From Candidatus Iainarchaeum sp. (GTDB lineage: Archaea > Iainarchaeota > Iainarchaeia > Iainarchaeales > JAZDDZ01), in NCBI GenBank assembly GCA_043809245.1, contig JAZDDZ010000049.1:1-64000 (forward strand): DNA of 64,000 bases, written 5' to 3'. The translations under genes were made by a program, and so were the position numbers. This document shows positions 35,865 to 45,571 of the stretch, piece by piece. Positions within the stretch are counted from its first letter, which is position 1. Every line of letters begins with the position of its first letter. The notes under the pieces are model-generated. The model saw only the letters and a list, made by a program, of their open reading frames with translations. It was not told where the DNA came from and did not search any database.

Positions 35865-36751
35865 ATCTTCTCAATCAACTCCTTTGCAATCGATTCATAC
35901 GATTCTGAGTTGAAGACCTTGTTAACCAACTCGAGCTGCTCTTGGTGTGAGAAGAAAATGTATTGGTCAGTTGTGTCTTCTTTTTTGTGCCTGGCCAGAA
36001 CTTTGACTAATTCTTTTTGCTTGCAGAATTGATATAGCCTTGTCAGATAGGTTCGCCTAAAGGAGTGAGTTGATAGCTTGAATAGCTTCTTTTTGCATGG
36101 GTTTTCGTGGCTTGGAGTGAAAGCCTCTGCGTAAATGTTTGTTAGGCCGGCTTTCTGCCTGCATTTGCCGAAAAAGTTTCTCAAGTGGTCGACTGAGATT
36201 CTTTCTCTTTTCTGGAATGGATTCAACGAAAAGAAAAGAAAGCCATTGGCCTGCTTTATCTCTTCTTTATAGCGCTCCGCATACATTTGAATGCACTCTA
36301 ATGCTATTTGAGGCATTGGTTGGTCGGATGGCAGTTCTGCTTTCTCTGTGAGAAGAGAGATTACGCCTCTTTCAAAGTCACAGTCTTGCAGCCTTATTTT
36401 CACTACTTCTCCGACTCTGAAGCCGCCTGTGAGCATTAAGAACATTGCAAGGCCTTGCTTTGCTCTTTTAGCGGGAATCGCTGAAAACAGTTTCATTAAG
36501 TCAAGGTCAGAGAATACTCTGTAGACGTTTCTGCTTTTAGGCGAAGAACGCTTTTTAATAGACGGAAATTTTTCCTTTAACACTTCGCCAGTTATTTTTC
36601 GCAGCATTTTCAAATCAGATGCTGCAAGCTGTGTCAGGAATTCGCTCCATTGTTTTTCGAAGCCAACAATCGACCTTGGCTTCCTTCTGCTAACCGAAAA
36701 CCGATTGCCTGCTTCCAGACCCGAAATTGGACCCAGCGGGAATTGAACCCG
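35861..36751 (-). CDS. Tyrosine integrase, C-terminal part (intC)
   Basis: GFRVGE, TEK, HSFRR, ARH and TTDQY catalytic motifs; frame begins within att. Confidence 0.92.
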   Translation of the reverse strand, partial: RVQFPLGPISGLEAGNRFSVSRRKPRSIVGFEKQWSEFLTQLAASDLKMLRKITGEVLKEKFPSIKKRSSPKSRNVYRVFSDLDLMKLFSAIPAKRAKQGLAMFLMLTGGFRVGEVVKIRLQDCDFERGVISLLTEKAELPSDQPMPQIALECIQMYAERYKEEIKQANGFLFFSLNPFQKRERISVDHLRNFFGKCRQKAGLTNIYAEAFTPSHENPCKKKLFKLSTHSFRRTYLTRLYQFCKQKELVKVLARHKKEDTTDQYIFFSHQEQLELVNKVFNSESYESIAKELIEKM

Positions 36752-36799
36752 CGACCTCATCCTTGCGAAGGATGCGTCCTACCACTAGACTATGGGCCC
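36728..36799 (-). tRNA. tRNA-Ala(CGC)
   Basis: Cloverleaf GGGCCCA...TGGGTCCA with G3:U70; anticodon arm CATCC-TTCGCAA-GGATG. Confidence 0.95.
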
Positions 36800-36863
36800 T
36801 TTTTTTGGCGCTTATTGATTTTTTGATGGCTTAACTGTTAAATATCTTTTCATTGGCTGTATT

Positions 36864-37535
36864 TTATTGCTTATCAAAGTGCAGGTCAAAGGCAAGCATT
36901 ATTTTTCTTCGGGGATCATAAAAGCAGTTATGGTTCTCCAAGTCAGCAATTCCTAATGCTTCTAGTTTTTTGCACGCACGCGCCCTTCTTTTATCAAGTG
37001 CATCAAACAATCCCTCGTCAGAATATTGTATTTCTTCAACGGTTTTAAAGCTGTAAAACCTTGATACTAGGAAAGATTGTTTGCCTGATTTGAAAGCAAA
37101 TTCGTACTGGATTGGCTCAATGCCTTGTTTTAACAAAATTTTTTCCGCCTTATGCATTGCAGCTATTTGCTGGGGCGCATAATGCATGGGCCTATCGCCA
37201 GGAAAGACAACATTGCCAGGCAATTGAGTAAATTCTTTTACGAATAATCTTTTTCCTCCGCGGCGAAGAAGAAATCCATTCGTATCACCTATTTCCCGTT
37301 TAAATTTCACAGTTGTTTCACCGACAGTAATGGAAGCGCCTTTGCCTTCAACTAAAAGTCTTGCCCATGCCTGAAGAAAATCCTTAATTACCCCTGGGTT
37401 CTGCCTGATAAATTTCCTTGCCCTTTCAGTGTAAGCAAAGCTTCTTCCGCTCTTCTTCCCCTCAACAAAAGTCAAAGGCAGCAGGCTTCTTGGTTTTCCT
37501 GGAATGCGGGGCTTGTTTCCCTTGCCTATAGCCAT
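36864..37535 (-). CDS. Basic hypothetical protein, possible minimal kinase-like fold
   Basis: LFVK...DLENHN...AFD spacing resembles the kinase K, DxxxxN and D motifs. Confidence 0.55.
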   Translation of the reverse strand: MAIGKGNKPRIPGKPRSLLPLTFVEGKKSGRSFAYTERARKFIRQNPGVIKDFLQAWARLLVEGKGASITVGETTVKFKREIGDTNGFLLRRGGKRLFVKEFTQLPGNVVFPGDRPMHYAPQQIAAMHKAEKILLKQGIEPIQYEFAFKSGKQSFLVSRFYSFKTVEEIQYSDEGLFDALDKRRARACKKLEALGIADLENHNCFYDPRRKIMLAFDLHFDKQ

Positions 37536-37599
37536 GAAATGAATTATTGCCACAATAAATTAATATAATTGTTTACTGTAATAATATCGGGCGCTATTT

Positions 37600-40500
37600 A
37601 TGGCTGAAGAGACCGCGGAAAAAGAGGAAGAGGAAAGGCCTTTCGGGGCAGAGGAACGTGTCAAGGTTTTGAAGAATTCCTCTGAGAAAGACTTGTTTGA
37701 GGAAATGCTCGGCGAAGAAAAAAAAGCAAAGCCAAAAGAGGCAAAAGTAGAAATCACGCAGAACAAGGAAGCGGGTTTCATTGCGATAAAAGAGCATAAA
37801 AAGCCGCGCAAGAAAAGGGCGGAGAAAAGCGTGTTAAAGGACGCCGAAAAGATTGATGAAAAATCTATGGAGGAGGGGGGTCAGGAAGAACCAGTAACTG
37901 GGGGGGAAACTAGGTTCCCCCGCGGTTCGGAAGAAGAATCAGGCGGTGATGAATGGGGCGAGCACCACGATGCCTTGGCTGAATTGGCTGTTGAGAACGG
38001 AACAAGGGAGATTGGCACAAAGGAAAAGGACTGGGATTTATACGAAAAGCCTGAAAGGGAAAAAATAAGGCAGACTCTGATTGAAAAAGCGAAAAAAGCA
38101 GGCGAAGAGGATTCAAGCAGTGGCGGAGGAGCGATTGCATTAAAGTTTTTGGACGATGTGGAAAAAAACTCAGTTTTCATCGGCAGAAAAAAATCAGTGC
38201 ACAAAAAATTCGGGTACGAGGGCGCGCTGATGGTTGGCAAGGTCAACGAAGACGATTACAAGGAATCAAAAGTGCATTTGGATTCACTGAACCCGCACGT
38301 GATATTCGTTTGCGGCGCGAGGGGAAGCGGCAAATGCCTTACAGGGGGCACGCTGATAACGCTTGAATCAGGCGAAGTAATCCCAATAAAAGAACTGGAA
38401 GAAAGGAACGAAAAACTGTTTGCATTAAACCATGAACTAAAAATAGGGGCAACTAACAGAACGGAATTCTTTAAGAGAACCGTTAACCGCACACTTTCTT
38501 TAAGATTGAAAAGCGGAAAAGAAATAGAGTTAACGCCCGAACACCCCCTTTTCACAATCAACGGGTGGCTGCCTGCGGAAGAACTGGGAAAAGGCGACAG
38601 GATTGCCACGCCGAGGGTTTTGCCCGCATTCGGAAGCAGGAAAATGAAGGAATGCGACGTAAAATTATTGGCTTATCTGTTGGCTGAAGGGCATTTGAGC
38701 AACCACTTTGTGCTGTTCAGCAACATGGATGAAAAAATCATCTCCGATTTCATGTTAGGCGTTAGGGAATTTGATGAGGGATTGAAAATAGAGGGTCACG
38801 GAGCGCTAGGCTGTTTTAGGGTTGCACAGAAAAAGAAAAAAGTGGACACAAGCCACATTGTAAGGAATGAACAAGGGCAGTTCACTGATAAGGGATTCAT
38901 TGTTGCGCAGAAAAGCTCTTTGATGCAGTGGCTTGAAAGCATAGGAATTTACGGCAAGCTGTCTGCGGAAAAATTCATCCCAAAAGAAGTAATGGAACTG
39001 GAGAAAGCACAGCTGGCTTTGTTCTTGAACAGGCTTTTCAGCTGCGATGGAACAATTCACAGGGTCAGCAGGACAACTAACTGGAGCATTTCAATCGGGT
39101 TCAGTTCCGAGAAAATGACAAGGCAGGTGCAGCATCTGCTGTTAAGGTTTGGGATTCTTTCTAGGTTCAGGAAAAAACAAAGCAAGTTAAAAGGAAAAAT
39201 ATTCAAAAGCTTTGAAACAGTTTTATACGCTGAAAACGTAATTAAGTACCTTAACGAAATTGGTTTTTACGGCGAAAAAGAAGAAAGGGCTGCAATTGCC
39301 TTGCCTGAAATGAATGCAAAGAAAAGGAACCCGAATTTTGACACGGTTCCAAAAGACGTTTGGGAAAGGTTTCCGTCAGGCAACTGGAAAACAATCGGGA
39401 GAGAGTTAGGCTATGCGCCCCAGTCATTCCACAATACAAAACTTTATGCGCCTTCAAGGGAAAAATTGCTAAAAATTGCCACAATAGCGCAAAACAAGGG
39501 CGCACAAATGCTTGCAGAGGCTGACATTTACTGGGATACAATTGAAGAAATCAAGGAAAACCTTGAAGAAAAAGAAGTATTCGATATTTCCGTGCCCGAG
39601 TTCCATAATTTTGTAGCAAATGATATAATTGTGCACAATTCGTACATCCTTGGAGTGATAGCGGAGGAAATAGCAAAGCACAATCCGAATATAGGTGCTG
39701 TTGTGATTGACCCTGTTGGTGTTTTTTGGAGCATGAAATTTCCGAACAAGGAAGAAAAAGAACTCCAGATTTTAAGCGAATGGGGATTGCAGGCAAACGG
39801 ATTGGATAACTTGAAAGTGTTCATCCCTGAGGGAATGAAAAGCGAAACACCGAAAAACACTTATGATGGAACCTTTTCGATTCCGCCTTCCTTGCTGACG
39901 CCGGATGACTGGTGCTTAACGTACGGAATTGAAAGGTTTTCGCCGACTGGATTGCTGCTTGACAAAGTGATTAAAAAAGTCGGCCACGGGCATAAGACCC
40001 TTGACGGAAAATATGTGAAAGGAAAAGACAAGGCATTCGGCTTGAATGACTTGATTAATTGCCTTGAATTTGACGCGGAACTGAATTCACGCGAGAAAGG
40101 ATACAAGCAGGACTCAATCCGTGCCTTGACCACGAGGTTTGAGGCAGCAAAGACCTGGGGAATTTTTTCTGACAGGGGAACTCCTTTGGCGGAACTTTCA
40201 AGGGAAGGGCAGCTGACAGTAATTGACACTAGCTTTTTGGAGGACAATGTGACTGCATTGGTGATTGGAATTTTGGCGAGAAGGATTCTTGCTGCGAGAA
40301 AAATCACGACAAGAAAGGAAGCCGCAAGCCAGTTTAAGTCAGAGGGGGGCATGAAGGAAATTTTGGAGTTGGAGATTCCGCCGACATGGCTTTTCATTGA
40401 CGAAGCCCATACGCTTATGCCGAGCGGGAACCAGAAGACTGCGGCAACCGATTCACTGGTTGAATATGTGAAGCAGGGAAGAAGGCCGGGCTGTTCCTTG

Positions 40501-41841
40501 GTTGCGGCAACACAGCAGCCGAGCGCAATTGACACGAAAGTTTTAAGCCAGCTGGACATTTTGATTGCGCATAAATTGATTTTTGACGACGACATAAAAG
40601 CGGTGTTCAAGCGCGCGCCGACAATTGTGCCTTCAAGGTACAAGAAAGGCAATTTCATCAAAACGCTTCCGGTTGGAACTGCATTGGTTGCAGACAGGAG
40701 TGAGGAAACAAGCCGCGCATTCATTATGAAAATCAGGCCGAGGATGAGCCAGCATGAGGGAAGGGAAGCCGAGGCAACAGACAGGGACATCACCTTGAAG
40801 CCCGAGCAAGTGGAAAAATTCGCTTCCGAGGCGATTCTGAGGCAGCTGGAAAGCGATGGAACAGTTGAGATAAGGGAAATTGATAGAGTTGTTGCCACAA
40901 TGAGCGCAAAATACAAGGCAAAGGCGCAGCTGTCAAAGGTATTGGATTTATTGGAGAAGAAAGGCGCAATAGTGGAGAAAGACATTGTGAGGCTGCCTGG
41001 AGTGCAGGCGGAAAAAGAAGAAGAGGAAAAAGAGGAAATGAAAAGGGAAGCCGGGGAAGAGGCACCTGCAGAGAAAGAGGCACCGCAGAAAGTCGCTGAA
41101 GCCGTTGAGATTCTCGCGTTCCAGAACCGATTGGGGGAGAAAGAGGCAAAGACAGCTGTTGACAGGTTCAGGAAAAAGAAGGTTTTGGGATTCCTTGGCT
41201 CGGAAGAGGAAGTGAAGGCGTTAAGGCTGAAGCATGCAACTGTTTGGAAGGTTTACTTTGAGGAATTCGGGCCAAAAAACGAGTTCTACCCAAGGGAGTG
41301 CTACATAAATTCTTTGGATGGGGAAATGCTGCACTTTGATGGAAAGAAGTTCGTTGAATCAAAGGGCTTCAGCTTGTTTTATGATTTGGGCGAAGAGCAG
41401 TTAAAGGTTGCAAGGGAGTTAAGGGGCAACGTGAAGTACTCCTTGCCGCAGATTGTGGAGAAAACAGGCGTTGAGGAGTCAAAAGTGAAGAGGTCATTGG
41501 ATAACCTCATTTCATTGAAGCTGGCTGGAACAGGCAAGGACCAGAAATCTGGAAAAAATTATTATTTCCTTAAAGCGGAAATGGATTTGCCTCCGCGCTC
41601 AGACCATGAAATGGTTTCATCGCCGAAAAAAGTTCCATTGGTGAGAAGCGAGGCGGTTGAAAAGGAAAGGGAGAATATTTCAAGGGAAAAACTGCCTGAA
41701 GTGCTGAGAAGGCTTTGGCCAAATGCGCTTGTGAAAAAGGTTTCCGAGATTCACAGGCCTTTCTGGGAGGCAACGCTTGCTGAAAAAGGAAAGGAAAGGA
41801 AGATATGGGTTGACGCGGTCAGCGGGGAAAGGATAAAGTGA
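37600..41841 (+). CDS. HerA/DUF87-like ATPase containing an intein
   Basis: GARGSGK|SY Walker A, IDPVG, FIDEAH, GRRPG, ATQQP; acidic N-terminus, C-terminal wHTH. Confidence 0.9.
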   Translation: MAEETAEKEEEERPFGAEERVKVLKNSSEKDLFEEMLGEEKKAKPKEAKVEITQNKEAGFIAIKEHKKPRKKRAEKSVLKDAEKIDEKSMEEGGQEEPVTGGETRFPRGSEEESGGDEWGEHHDALAELAVENGTREIGTKEKDWDLYEKPEREKIRQTLIEKAKKAGEEDSSSGGGAIALKFLDDVEKNSVFIGRKKSVHKKFGYEGALMVGKVNEDDYKESKVHLDSLNPHVIFVCGARGSGKCLTGGTLITLESGEVIPIKELEERNEKLFALNHELKIGATNRTEFFKRTVNRTLSLRLKSGKEIELTPEHPLFTINGWLPAEELGKGDRIATPRVLPAFGSRKMKECDVKLLAYLLAEGHLSNHFVLFSNMDEKIISDFMLGVREFDEGLKIEGHGALGCFRVAQKKKKVDTSHIVRNEQGQFTDKGFIVAQKSSLMQWLESIGIYGKLSAEKFIPKEVMELEKAQLALFLNRLFSCDGTIHRVSRTTNWSISIGFSSEKMTRQVQHLLLRFGILSRFRKKQSKLKGKIFKSFETVLYAENVIKYLNEIGFYGEKEERAAIALPEMNAKKRNPNFDTVPKDVWERFPSGNWKTIGRELGYAPQSFHNTKLYAPSREKLLKIATIAQNKGAQMLAEADIYWDTIEEIKENLEEKEVFDISVPEFHNFVANDIIVHNSYILGVIAEEIAKHNPNIGAVVIDPVGVFWSMKFPNKEEKELQILSEWGLQANGLDNLKVFIPEGMKSETPKNTYDGTFSIPPSLLTPDDWCLTYGIERFSPTGLLLDKVIKKVGHGHKTLDGKYVKGKDKAFGLNDLINCLEFDAELNSREKGYKQDSIRALTTRFEAAKTWGIFSDRGTPLAELSREGQLTVIDTSFLEDNVTALVIGILARRILAARKITTRKEAASQFKSEGGMKEILELEIPPTWLFIDEAHTLMPSGNQKTAATDSLVEYVKQGRRPGCSLVAATQQPSAIDTKVLSQLDILIAHKLIFDDDIKAVFKRAPTIVPSRYKKGNFIKTLPVGTALVADRSEETSRAFIMKIRPRMSQHEGREAEATDRDITLKPEQVEKFASEAILRQLESDGTVEIREIDRVVATMSAKYKAKAQLSKVLDLLEKKGAIVEKDIVRLPGVQAEKEEEEKEEMKREAGEEAPAEKEAPQKVAEAVEILAFQNRLGEKEAKTAVDRFRKKKVLGFLGSEEEVKALRLKHATVWKVYFEEFGPKNEFYPRECYINSLDGEMLHFDGKKFVESKGFSLFYDLGEEQLKVARELRGNVKYSLPQIVEKTGVEESKVKRSLDNLISLKLAGTGKDQKSGKNYYFLKAEMDLPPRSDHEMVSSPKKVPLVRSEAVEKERENISREKLPEVLRRLWPNALVKKVSEIHRPFWEATLAEKGKERKIWVDAVSGERIK
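38335..39639 (+). mobile_element. Intein (435 aa) with LAGLIDADG-type endonuclease
   Basis: Starts CLTGGT, TPEHP block B, LAYLLAEG and LNRLFSCDG blocks, ends VHN followed by S. Confidence 0.95.
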
Positions 41842-41848
41842 GCGCGGT

Positions 41849-42130
41849 TTACCTTTTGTAAATCTCGTCGTGATGGTCAAAGTCAATGAATAAAATGAAT
41901 TTTTTTTCCCTGTCGAATTTGAATGTTAAAACAAAGCTTTTGTCTATGTGGACTCTTTTCCTGTCGCTTAAGCCGTGCTTAAGGTTCTTGAAATGCCCAA
42001 TTGTAAATTCATCCGATTCTATAACGCTTTCAATTTTTTTCATTAAAATTTCATAGCGTCTTCGGTCAGCCCTGAAAAGCTTTTTCAGTTTTACCTTTAA
42101 CTCTTCTGAAAAATCGTGGGCTAATGGCAT
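41849..42130 (-). CDS. RelE/StbE-family toxin
   Basis: FKNL...KRVHI..SFVLTF...FDHHDEIY. Confidence 0.85.
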   Translation of the reverse strand: MPLAHDFSEELKVKLKKLFRADRRRYEILMKKIESVIESDEFTIGHFKNLKHGLSDRKRVHIDKSFVLTFKFDREKKFILFIDFDHHDEIYKR

Positions 42131-42385
42131 TCAGTCGCCTTCAATTTCTTTCCTTAAGTCTTTAATGCTTGTGTGCCTATAGCCGTATTTTTTGAAGTGT
42201 TCTTGCTCTATTTTGAGGATTTTCCTGATATAACTTTCCTTTACTTCGGGCTCAACCTCGTTTTCGCCGTAATCCCCAATGAATTTGTTCAAAGCCTCGC
42301 TTTTGTCCTTTAGGTCATACTTTGCCTTTACAACAGTCAAAACCCTATTAGAATATTTGTTCAAGCTAACCCTTGCATCAACCAT
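42131..42385 (-). CDS. DUF2683-like antitoxin
   Basis: NRVL.VVKAKYDLKDKSEAL; directly upstream of the toxin. Confidence 0.8.
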   Translation of the reverse strand: MVDARVSLNKYSNRVLTVVKAKYDLKDKSEALNKFIGDYGENEVEPEVKESYIRKILKIEQEHFKKYGYRHTSIKDLRKEIEGD

Positions 42386-42466
42386 AAATACACCTCAATG
42401 CACATTATATGCATGTGGTGTGCATCAATTAATTTAAACCTTTCCATTAGCATATTATTAGTGTAA

Positions 42467-42664
42467 ATGATGGACTGCCGCAAGGAAGCAAACTTAAAGA
42501 ACTGCAATTGCACTTACTCCAATTGTTCAAGGAAAGGAATCTGCTGCGAGTGCATCGCCTTCCACAGGAAAAGCGGCGAGCTTCCCGCGTGCTTTTTTGA
42601 CGCGAAAACGGAAAGAAGCTACGACAGAAGTGTTGAGAAGTTCATTGAAATGAAGTCAGGTTAA
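42467..42664 (+). CDS. Small cysteine-rich protein (DUF6485-like)
   Basis: CNCTY..CSRKGICCECI..H...ELPACFF...E..YDRS. Confidence 0.75.
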   Translation: MMDCRKEANLKNCNCTYSNCSRKGICCECIAFHRKSGELPACFFDAKTERSYDRSVEKFIEMKSG

Positions 42665-42883
42665 GTGCTTCAAATAATCCTTTGAATTGTCTTCCGATTG
42701 AAGCGCATTCAACGAAGATTCTTTCAACTGCTTTTCAAGGCGAGCGGATTTTTCCCCAACGAAATGCTCTTTTCCAAAATGCGTTATCGCCAGGCGAATG
42801 GCTTCGGACAGGGAATTAGCATAGCCTGCCTCAATCATCAATTCAAGGGTTTCCTTGGATTTGCCGCGCAAAATCACATTCAA
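42656..42883 (-). CDS. RHH-like small protein
   Basis: MIEAGYANSLSEAIRLAI. Confidence 0.6.
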   Translation of the reverse strand: MNVILRGKSKETLELMIEAGYANSLSEAIRLAITHFGKEHFVGEKSARLEKQLKESSLNALQSEDNSKDYLKHLT

Positions 42884-42989
42884 TTAAATCAACTCCTGAA
42901 AAACTGCACAAATAAAGGCATTAAGTGATTAATATATGTATCTATTAGGGTTATCTAATGATTCAAATTGAAGCAAAAAAAGAGCAGGT

Positions 42990-43520
42990 TCAGCGGCGCA
43001 ATAGCCCTGATTCAAAGTTAAGGATATTTGGGTAGATTTTTCTCACGGCAATTTTGTGAATCTCTTCAATAAGCAAATTGTGTGCACTTTCAGTCAGTTG
43101 CTTTGGATCCGCGGAGAATTCAGGCTCGTTTCCGCTGTGAAGACCAAGATCATAATCACAAACCCTAACACCCATTATTTTGAAATTTTCCTTTTTCTCA
43201 TGCGGCCCAGTTAGAGTGAAAGTGATATACAAATCGTACGCCTTGTTACCTTCTTTTCCGGTTACATGTGTAATCAGCGTGCCTTTTTCCCCAGGCATTA
43301 TCAGAGTCCAAGGGCATTTCATTTTATGCTCAACTAGCAACTCACCACACCATTTATTCCCAGCTGCAACCTCTTTCTCTTGAGCTGAAAATCTGGAAAC
43401 AACTCTGGCTCGTTTGAGTTTTTCTATTGTTTCAATTGGCAGGGAGCCACCAATTGTGAAGCTACAAGGCTGTTTTATTCTTCCGCTAAATCTTCCCCTT
43501 CGCTTATTTGGCCGGACCAT
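42990..43520 (-). CDS. Hypothetical protein with basic N-terminus
   Basis: 176-aa ORF. Confidence 0.6.
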   Translation of the reverse strand: MVRPNKRRGRFSGRIKQPCSFTIGGSLPIETIEKLKRARVVSRFSAQEKEVAAGNKWCGELLVEHKMKCPWTLIMPGEKGTLITHVTGKEGNKAYDLYITFTLTGPHEKKENFKIMGVRVCDYDLGLHSGNEPEFSADPKQLTESAHNLLIEEIHKIAVRKIYPNILNFESGLLRR

Positions 43521-43563
43521 GATAGAAATTACTTCAATACTTTTTTATTGATTCCCATCAACT

Positions 43564-44214
43564 TCATCGGTTCTTTTTCACGAATTCGCCCGGAAGCACG
43601 CAGGAATTGTTTGAAAGAATTACGCCGCAGTTAATGGATGCGTTTATTCCGATTTTCACGCTGTTCCCAATGCATGCCCCTAATTTTCGCCTGCCTGAAC
43701 TGGTTTTGACTCCGCGCAATTCAACTTTCACGCTTGAATTGTCGTGGCGAAGGTTAGCGATTTTTGTTCCAGCACCAAGGTTAACGTTTTCCCCGAGGAT
43801 TGAGTCTCCGACGTAAGAAAAATGCGGCACATTTGAGTCACTGAGAATAATTGAATTCTTTACCTCGGAGTTCGCAATATGGGAACCGCAGGCAACAAGC
43901 GTTGTGCCTCTCAGGTAAGCATTCGGGCCAATTGTGCAGTCCGCGCCGATGTAATTGTTTCCCTCCAAGTAAGAGCCTGATTTGATTACAGAGTTTTTGC
44001 CGAGGAAAAGCTTTCCCTTGATTACAACATTTTTTTCAATTAAGCCAAAGCGCGCGTCAGGAATCTTTTTTCCCAAAGCATCAAGGCGGTTAATGAAATA
44101 CCAGAACCTGAAGCGTTTTCCAGAGGCAAGCATTTCCTTTAATTCGCAAAAAAAATCAATGAAAGGCTGGATCTGCTTTCTCGCCTTTTCCTTCCTCGCC
44201 TTTAATGAAGCCAT
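43564..44214 (-). CDS. GlmU-like left-handed beta-helix acetyltransferase (no nucleotidyltransferase domain)
   Basis: Hexapeptide repeats, HFSYVGDS.LG..VNLGAGT..ANLR, RRKLG; in the glm operon. Confidence 0.85.
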   Translation of the reverse strand: MASLKARKEKARKQIQPFIDFFCELKEMLASGKRFRFWYFINRLDALGKKIPDARFGLIEKNVVIKGKLFLGKNSVIKSGSYLEGNNYIGADCTIGPNAYLRGTTLVACGSHIANSEVKNSIILSDSNVPHFSYVGDSILGENVNLGAGTKIANLRHDNSSVKVELRGVKTSSGRRKLGACIGNSVKIGINASINCGVILSNNSCVLPGEFVKKNR

Positions 44215-44222
44215 GAAAACAC

Positions 44223-45566
44223 CTAAGCGCCAATCTCCTTTTTTATTTCATTTAATATATCGTGCATTAAGGCATTAATTTGCTTTTTATTTTTGCCTTC
44301 AACCATCACGCGGGCAAGGTTTTCCGTGCCAGAATACCGCACAAGAAGCCTGCCTTTTCCCTTAAGTTTTTTCTCTGCTTTGGATATTTTTGCCTTAACC
44401 GAATGCATTTTTTCGAAAGGAATCTTTTCGCGTACCTTGACATTGCCCAATAGCTGAGGCACTGGAGAAAAAACATTGCTTAAATCGCTTAATTTTTTAC
44501 CGCTTTTCTTGAGTATCCGCAAAAGCTGCAAAGCGGAAATAATGCCATCGCCTGCTGTTGAAAACTCGGAAAAAATAATGTGGCCTGACTGCTCTCCGCC
44601 CAAAACCGCGCCGGATTTCCTCATCTCCTGAATCACTGGAATATCGCCGACAGCGGTGCGTAGAAGCCTGATTCCTTTTTTCTTTAACGCCAATTCAAAG
44701 CCGTAATTGCTCATGACTGTTGCGACAACCTTTTTTCCCTTCAGCTTTCCCTTTGAAAGCAAATCAAAGGCGAATAATGCCATTAGCCTGTCGCCGTCCA
44801 AAACATTTCCTTTCTCATCGCAGACAATTAAGCGGTCTGCGTCGCCGTCCAGGGCAATCCCGGCATCAGCGTGAAATTTTTTCACCGCGGCGCTTATGAC
44901 CTCTGGGTGAAGCGCGCCGGAATTTTTGTTGATGTTCAGCCCATCAGGGGAAAGGTTCAATGCAATTACTTCCGCGCCGAGTTCCTTGAAAACCCATTTC
45001 GCTATATCATAGGCGGCTCCGTTTGCGCAGTCAACAACAAGCTTTAATCCCTCAAGGCCCTGGTTTTCAATGCTTGATTTCACGAATTCAATGTACCTTC
45101 CTTTTGCATCGTCAATGCGGAAAGCCTTGCCTATCTGCGCTCCGTTTGCGGGAATTGCATCAGACTCAAGGAGCGCCTCAATTTCCCTCTCAGTCCTGTC
45201 ATCCAGCTTGAAGCCATCAGAATCAAAAATTTTTATGCCGTTATCCTCCGCAGGATTATGCGAGGCGCTGATTACAATGCCAGCGCATGCGTCAAAGGAA
45301 CGCGTCAAGTGAGCGATTGCGGGAGTGGGCATTGGCCCCAAAAGCAATACATCGGCGCCAATTGAAACAAGGCCAGAGGTCAGGGCGGTTTCAAACATGT
45401 AGCCGCTCAATCGCGTGTCCTTTCCGATAACGATTTTCGCGTTCTTTTTTTTCTCGCGCTTCAAAACAATTGCAATGGCTTTGCCGAGCTTCAATGCAAC
45501 CTCAGGAGTCATAGGGTAAACGTTCGCCCTGCCGCGAATTCCGTCGGTTCCGAAAAATTTTTTCAT
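44223..45566 (-). CDS. glmM: Phosphoglucosamine mutase
   Basis: FGTDGIRG, SASHNP, DGDADR, GEQSGH, RYSGTE. Confidence 0.95.
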   Translation of the reverse strand: MKKFFGTDGIRGRANVYPMTPEVALKLGKAIAIVLKREKKKNAKIVIGKDTRLSGYMFETALTSGLVSIGADVLLLGPMPTPAIAHLTRSFDACAGIVISASHNPAEDNGIKIFDSDGFKLDDRTEREIEALLESDAIPANGAQIGKAFRIDDAKGRYIEFVKSSIENQGLEGLKLVVDCANGAAYDIAKWVFKELGAEVIALNLSPDGLNINKNSGALHPEVISAAVKKFHADAGIALDGDADRLIVCDEKGNVLDGDRLMALFAFDLLSKGKLKGKKVVATVMSNYGFELALKKKGIRLLRTAVGDIPVIQEMRKSGAVLGGEQSGHIIFSEFSTAGDGIISALQLLRILKKSGKKLSDLSNVFSPVPQLLGNVKVREKIPFEKMHSVKAKISKAEKKLKGKGRLLVRYSGTENLARVMVEGKNKKQINALMHDILNEIKKEIGA

Positions 45567-45571
45567 AAAAA

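Larger units (their letters stand above)
20790..36751. mobile_element. ~16 kb integrative element in tRNA-Ala(CGC)
   Basis: Exact 25-bp direct repeat ttggacccagcgggaattgaacccg at 20790-20814 and 36727-36751; integrase next to the tRNA; visibly AT-richer interior. Confidence 0.95.

Noticed and set aside
20790-36751. Complete tailed provirus
   Set aside because: No recognisable portal, capsid, protease or tail genes between the att sites.
39861-40985. Long antisense ORFs (also 16786-17610, 61026-61910, 7367-8017)
   Set aside because: Shadows of well-supported genes on the opposite strand; no motifs.
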